Virus record (IMG/VR): IMGVR_UViG_3300025168_000011
Location: 1-50,919 of that record
Reading direction: 5' to 3' (one strand)
Length of the DNA stretch: 50,919 nucleotides
Source of the DNA: a virus
Lineage: Duplodnaviria; Caudoviricetes
Numbering within the stretch: the first letter of the stretch is position 1; the number at the start of each line of letters is the position of its first letter. This document shows positions 45,981-50,919 of the stretch, one piece after another. The notes under the pieces were generated by a model. The model was given only the letters and a program-made list of their open reading frames with translations. It was not told where the DNA came from and ran no database searches. A program made the translations under genes and the position numbers.

Positions 45981-47768
45981 TCAATTATAGTCACTCTCAA
46001 CTTTTTGTGTGTTTTTCTTATTCTCATATAAATCCCCGTCATTTTGCAATTCACAAGCTAAAGCAGCTGCAATTACATCATCATCATGATTGCCTGGAGA
46101 AGCTTCAGGTTTGCCTGTTTTGTTCCTTACAAAAGTCTGCAACTGAGAAGCTACTTGTGTACAAGGGATAACAATACCCTCTTCTTTAGCCCTGATAGCA
46201 TCAGCTAAAGCACTTATAATAATTTCACGACTCTTTTGATCAGTCGACCAACCAATCTTTCTTAGTGTTTTTCCTGAAACAGAATCATATATTCTTCTTC
46301 TCCAAAGCCTAACACCCGCATTTTTTAATGGAGTTACCCAAGCAAGCCCACTGTTATTTATCTCAAGGACAACAATACACCCGCCAGCCCATTGACTAAG
46401 TAGAGCGGTTTTAACACAACCAGGCGTGGGATCATCCTGGTTATCTGGCATTGTTCTGGCAATTAATTTTAAGGGGTGCATCACTCCTTGCTTATCTTTA
46501 TGTGGGCATCTCCATAGAAGAACTGAGTTGCGATCCTGTTTACTAGTTCCTGAGCTTACTTCTTTACCAATCATCGAGTCTACCGTGATCAGATAACGCT
46601 TACCAGGCTCCGGTTGCTCATCCCATATTTGAAACTCAGCCTCTGCTTTCGGGCATTCTTCAAATTGGACTTTCTTATTCTTTTTTAGCAGGCGACCATT
46701 TTTTCTCTTTGGTGAAGCTAATCTAACATTACTTGATATATGAATAAGCCCTTCCATGTCGAACCTGGGAGAACCGGAAACGAGAAAGCATCTTTCTTCA
46801 CTTTCCAGGAACTCTTGTTGAAATATTTCTTCTGAACCACCGAGCTTGCTATCGATAGTTACACGCCTCCATTTTAGTCTTTCTGCTGTAATTTTATCAC
46901 CTTGTTCTGCAATAACTCTTTTTTCCTCCATGCTCAATGAGGATAGAATGTCGTCGTATTCTGTCTGGCTATGAATCTTCATTTCATACTCAGGAACGTC
47001 ATACCATCCTGTCACAATCTTCACCATCCCATTTCCACGTTTACCGTCTTGCCACTCTTCCAGGGTAACAGCACCTTCCTGGGATCCCTCGCTCGAAGCA
47101 TCTGGGTCCCCAGTAATTAACCTGGAAAAATAATTAACCCCGTCTGGTGTAGATTCATCCACTCCGAAAGTTTCAGGAGCATCGGCTAGACCAGCTTTGA
47201 GTTGAGGCATGATAACACTTGCATCTTTAGCAGCTCCTTGTTTTCCAAACTTGGCTGTCTCGCTACTTCCCACAATGGTCCAGGTTCCACCAACACCAGG
47301 GGCTTTTGATTCAGCGGATGATGTATAACGAACGGACCTATTGTCTGATTCTGCTCTGCGGTCATAAAGATCAAATTCATTGCCCCAGGGAAAAGGATCA
47401 AACTCGGCATAGGTTTGTAACATATTGCGGTGGTAGGCATTAGTCGCATTTGTGTCAGTTACCCATATTGCCCTGGTTAACCTAGTTCTCATCCACCAAT
47501 AGATAATCCAGTTAAGCGCAGTGGAAGACCCTGCTTGCCTCGGTTTTAATACAAGCAGTCGTAAAGGCTGACCAGCAATTAAAAAATGTTCTACCGCTTC
47601 GAATATTTGTTTCTGTAAATGGGTGGGTGTTGGCGAAATAATATTACCCTGCTTATCGATAATCTTTGCCAGGCCAATAAACGCTTTTTTAACATCATGA
47701 TGTATGAAGTCAGCTTTACCCTTGTCTGTTATGACTTTTGTCTCTGTTTCAGTGCTTATAATACCCAT
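45981..47768 (-). CDS. terL: Terminase large subunit
   Basis: LLVLKPRQAGSST Walker A, SSETA, DESTPDG, QEF, LEINN, HDDDVIA nuclease motif. Confidence 0.93.
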   Translation of the reverse strand: MGIISTETETKVITDKGKADFIHHDVKKAFIGLAKIIDKQGNIISPTPTHLQKQIFEAVEHFLIAGQPLRLLVLKPRQAGSSTALNWIIYWWMRTRLTRAIWVTDTNATNAYHRNMLQTYAEFDPFPWGNEFDLYDRRAESDNRSVRYTSSAESKAPGVGGTWTIVGSSETAKFGKQGAAKDASVIMPQLKAGLADAPETFGVDESTPDGVNYFSRLITGDPDASSEGSQEGAVTLEEWQDGKRGNGMVKIVTGWYDVPEYEMKIHSQTEYDDILSSLSMEEKRVIAEQGDKITAERLKWRRVTIDSKLGGSEEIFQQEFLESEERCFLVSGSPRFDMEGLIHISSNVRLASPKRKNGRLLKKNKKVQFEECPKAEAEFQIWDEQPEPGKRYLITVDSMIGKEVSSGTSKQDRNSVLLWRCPHKDKQGVMHPLKLIARTMPDNQDDPTPGCVKTALLSQWAGGCIVVLEINNSGLAWVTPLKNAGVRLWRRRIYDSVSGKTLRKIGWSTDQKSREIIISALADAIRAKEEGIVIPCTQVASQLQTFVRNKTGKPEASPGNHDDDVIAAALACELQNDGDLYENKKNTQKVESDYN

Positions 47769-47823
47769 AGTGTGTCATAAAATAAAGGTTGTGTCTTTAT
47801 TTGCACGAGTTTATTTTTAACGT

Positions 47824-48780
47824 ATGTTAACAAATGACTCAGCGGGAGCTGAACAAAGCAGTGACTCTGCGGGAGCAGAAGTCGGAACAGATTTAGACAT
47901 TCAGGTTAACGAGGACGGATCAGTTGATCTTTATGATGCGGGAGCATCTGAAGAGGCTGTAGCTAACTCGGAACAATCTGATGAGAACGGTGAATTAGAT
48001 GCTCGCACTCAGGGCATACTAGATTCCGGTAGAACACGGATCAAAAATCTACCTGAAGCCGATAGGCTTGTCGTCGCTTACGCATCAGCGCATAATATTA
48101 GTTTATCAGAAGCGCAGACGCAGTTAGGTGGCAACCAGCAGCAGGCTCAGGAGGATTATGTCCTCGATACTCCTACTTTCCAAGCAGAGGAAATGCTTGG
48201 GGGTATTAATACGCAAATTTCTGATATTGATAAACAGATTGGAGAATTGCGAGCCGAAGGTGAGCTTGAGCAAGCAGACGCTTTACTGCAACAGCGTTTC
48301 GATTTGCAAGAGCAAAAGATCAACGCTCAGATGGACATTCGTGAAGCCCAACAAACTGCCACGGCTGAAGAACAGCAACAGTTTACAAGTAGTTGGGACA
48401 ATGCAGCTGACAAGGCATTGGATCTTTACCCGGATTTAGAGGACGAGAATAGTGAATTATTTATTTCAGTACAAAATAAATATGATGCGCTTAAAGCCAG
48501 TAATGACCCTTCTCTACAAAATGCCGATTGGCCTTTCCAGGCAGCAGCGGTGGCAGCAGCCGAACTTGGTTTAACAAGTTCTAAGGCCCAGCCCGTTCAA
48601 CCTGATAGTCCGTTCGGCAATCGTCGTCGTCCTACTAACGCTACTCCTACGAGTGGTAGCCGAACTGCAAGCGGTGCTACTCCATTAGGAATGCCGGGGA
48701 CGGTTGACCTTTCCAATATGTCTGCTGACCAAGGCCAAGAACTTCTTAAAAAGATTGGTCGAGGTTTGTACGATAAATAA
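47824..48780 (+). CDS. Capsid scaffolding protein
   Basis: Acidic, coiled-coil 318 aa directly upstream of the major capsid gene. Confidence 0.75.
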   Translation: MLTNDSAGAEQSSDSAGAEVGTDLDIQVNEDGSVDLYDAGASEEAVANSEQSDENGELDARTQGILDSGRTRIKNLPEADRLVVAYASAHNISLSEAQTQLGGNQQQAQEDYVLDTPTFQAEEMLGGINTQISDIDKQIGELRAEGELEQADALLQQRFDLQEQKINAQMDIREAQQTATAEEQQQFTSSWDNAADKALDLYPDLEDENSELFISVQNKYDALKASNDPSLQNADWPFQAAAVAAAELGLTSSKAQPVQPDSPFGNRRRPTNATPTSGSRTASGATPLGMPGTVDLSNMSADQGQELLKKIGRGLYDK

Positions 48781-48859
48781 TCACAGCCATAGCATTGACT
48801 CAGTCATTGTCTAAGGCTGCAACACAAACAAAAAAATAAATAAATAAACAAATAAGACA

Positions 48860-50332
48860 ATGGCTGATATTAGTCCAACTAACACAACAAATACATTTGC
48901 TGATGTAGCAAATGCTAGAGCGAAGGTCTGGAAGGAAACTTTCAAGAAATTCGCATCCACGGCTGACGTTCTTTCTCCTCTTGAGGGGCCAGAAGGATCG
49001 GGAGCTTCTATTGCTGTCCGCAACGACATTAAAGGTCGTCGTGGTGATCGTATCGAATTTACTGCCTCTTCGGAGCTTGGTGAGTTTGGTGTACTTGGTG
49101 AAAACACACTTAAAGGTAACGAAGAAGACCTTAAGTTCTCAGGCACAACTTGTGTCTTGGAATTCAAGCGTCACGCTACTGCTATTACACAGAGCCTTAA
49201 GAAGAAAATGGCTGGAGGTCACACTCTTGAGTCATTGGCTGCTGAAGTTCTTGGTAACCACTTTGGTCAGTGGAAGCAGAGAGATGCTCTTCGTAGACTA
49301 ATTGATGGAGTGCTTGGAACAGGTTCTGGAGCAACTGCAATAACTGCTGCTGTACCCGATGGAGGTATAATTGGAACTGACAAGGCAAGCATCAACGCTT
49401 TGACTGGTAGTGATACCTTGGGAGCAGACAGTTTCCTAGATCTTAATAACGCAGCTTCATGGTTAGGTGTAGACCCTGCAAGAATTAGCCGTAATGGTTA
49501 TCCTTCAAGTCAGGACACTCATCACCACTGCTTACTTGCAGACAACCAGATGCTTAAGCCTTTATTCAAGTCAGGTGATTTTAAAAATTCTTTGCAACAC
49601 GCTGAGGCGAGAGGAGCTACAAACCCTCTCTTCACTGGTGAGATGAAAGAGTATGATGGAACTAAGATTCTAAATCTTAGATCTGCTTATGGTGACTTGA
49701 ATGGACCGATTGGTTCACCATTGACACCAGCTGCAAGAGTTAAGGCGGTAGCATCAATAGGTACTTCTGGAACCATCAACTTACACTTGTGCGGTAAGCA
49801 AGGTAACAGAACAACTACTGCTGGTGCATTAGCTAGTGGTGCATCTGAAGATCCAAATTACTTCATTGACTTCCCAGGATATGATTACCAGTACACTGCG
49901 GATCAATCTGCTTCAGCTAACACTAACACCTACTATGTTGCCGTCTACAATCCAGATGGAACAGGTTTGGTGTTGTCTTATGATTCTGGAGGAAACAAAG
50001 GTCACTCAATCGACATCAAGGCTAGAATAGCTTCATTGAATCCAGCCGGAGTAACTGGCACATCTGCAGCTACTATCGCAGATGGTGCGCTTGTATACCC
50101 ATGTAACGAAACTGGTAAGGTTTATGGTTACTCTATTCTCATGGGGGCTGACGCTGTCATCCGTGCATACGGAGAGAATATGACCATGGTAGATGACAAA
50201 GATGACTATGGCTTCAGCCATGGTATCGGATACCAGGCAATGTTCGGTGATGCCGTTTGGAAGGATCGTAATGATAGAGTACGTAACTACGTTCTCGGTA
50301 TTTACACCTACACTCCAATCGGAGCTAAGTAA
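48860..50332 (+). CDS. Major capsid protein (N4 gp56/DUF4043-like HK97 fold)
   Basis: GDRIEF...G...LKGNEEDL, A..RGATNPLFTG...YDG, GADA...AYG...DDYG...GI motifs. Confidence 0.88.
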   Translation: MADISPTNTTNTFADVANARAKVWKETFKKFASTADVLSPLEGPEGSGASIAVRNDIKGRRGDRIEFTASSELGEFGVLGENTLKGNEEDLKFSGTTCVLEFKRHATAITQSLKKKMAGGHTLESLAAEVLGNHFGQWKQRDALRRLIDGVLGTGSGATAITAAVPDGGIIGTDKASINALTGSDTLGADSFLDLNNAASWLGVDPARISRNGYPSSQDTHHHCLLADNQMLKPLFKSGDFKNSLQHAEARGATNPLFTGEMKEYDGTKILNLRSAYGDLNGPIGSPLTPAARVKAVASIGTSGTINLHLCGKQGNRTTTAGALASGASEDPNYFIDFPGYDYQYTADQSASANTNTYYVAVYNPDGTGLVLSYDSGGNKGHSIDIKARIASLNPAGVTGTSAATIADGALVYPCNETGKVYGYSILMGADAVIRAYGENMTMVDDKDDYGFSHGIGYQAMFGDAVWKDRNDRVRNYVLGIYTYTPIGAK

Positions 50333-50339
50333 CAATAAT

Positions 50340-50420
50340 TCCCTAGTGCCAATGGTGGGGGTGGTCTTCGGGCTGCCCCTGCCTCGGCACTATTGGGAGA
50401 TACAAAAAGAAAGGCACTAG
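50340..50420 (+). terminator. Structured RNA element downstream of the capsid gene (cUUCGg hairpin with an alternative pairing)
   Basis: GGGGTGGTC-TTCG-GGCTGCCCC inside a TAGTGCC/GGCACTA stem; a second GGCACTAG at 50413. Confidence 0.55.
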
Positions 50421-50423
50421 AGA

Positions 50424-50918
50424 ATGACCACAAAAAAAAGCACTAAGAAAATCGCCCAAACAAAAGTTGTTTCTGTTGGCGAACAAAGGGATAAAAATTT
50501 AGAAGTCGCAAAGATTATTGTTGCGGTACAACATTTCGATAGCGGAGTTGCTAAATGGAATGGAGTTAATGGGAAAACGTATTATTTTACAAGAGATAAA
50601 ACACTTGGAAAACATATTTTAGAGTTTGATTCTATCGAGGAATACGAAGCTGAAAGGGAAAACCTCATTCACAACAAAGCCGGAGTCATGATGGGATATT
50701 GTGGATTCCAGATCATGATTGTGACAGTCGCTCAACTTGAGGAAATTGAGAAGAAGCGCAGAGAGCATCAGAAGAATTTAAAACTTAAACAAGAAGCGTT
50801 GGCTGAAGCTCAACAGATAGTTGAGGAAGAAGTTAACGAAGCTGAAAAGCAGTTAGAGGAAGCTCGTGAGAAACTTGGGGCAGTACAATTAAAATCAACA
50901 AGCCTTAATATCGGATGA
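50424..50918 (+). CDS. Hypothetical protein with a C-terminal coiled coil (head module)
   Basis: 164 aa; the stop overlaps the ATG of the adaptor gene across the circular junction. Confidence 0.7.
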   Translation: MTTKKSTKKIAQTKVVSVGEQRDKNLEVAKIIVAVQHFDSGVAKWNGVNGKTYYFTRDKTLGKHILEFDSIEEYEAERENLIHNKAGVMMGYCGFQIMIVTVAQLEEIEKKRREHQKNLKLKQEALAEAQQIVEEEVNEAEKQLEEAREKLGAVQLKSTSLNIG

Positions 50919-50919
50919 C

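Noticed and set aside
45981-47768. Intein or intron in TerL (also checked DnaB)
   Set aside because: Lengths are ordinary and no splicing or LAGLIDADG motifs are visible
1-50919. CRISPR array, tRNA genes, DGR or retron
   Set aside because: No regularly spaced repeats, cloverleafs, reverse transcriptase motifs or TR/VR pair were seen by eye
1-50919. Stop-codon reassignment
   Set aside because: The standard code gives dense, full-length genes ending in TAA, TAG and TGA

Overview
This window is a complete circular genome of about 50.8 kb from a tailed dsDNA phage. The first 127 nt repeat the last 127 nt, which is an assembly overlap. The architecture is podovirus-like and the gene content is typical of uncultured aquatic phages. 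It encodes a lambdoid-type replication module (initiator plus DnaB), a Rad52/Sak annealase and SSB, TerS/TerL, portal, scaffold, major capsid, adaptor, a fibre/spike, and a lysis cassette with an M15 endolysin. Only a C-terminal remnant of a tyrosine integrase is present; it resembles those of Verrucomicrobia-type elements. About 37% of the genome is one 6252-aa polyvalent virion/ejection protein. In it, a HExxH metallopeptidase is followed by eight copies of an F/Y-A-L/V-D-P-like motif that delimit the effector modules: an ADP-ribosyltransferase, two paralogous IEE(V/I)QSDW modules with variable inserts, and a glycosylase-like domain. This suggests a self-processed or cassette-shuffled effector polyprotein. 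Other signals not explained by the gene calls: strong regional CCWGG enrichment, a genome-wide TGTGTC/GACACA promoter-operator motif, a perfect Fur-type 7-1-7 box, structured intergenic RNAs, and several unannotated micropeptides. All family assignments come from recognising motifs by eye, and all counts are manual.
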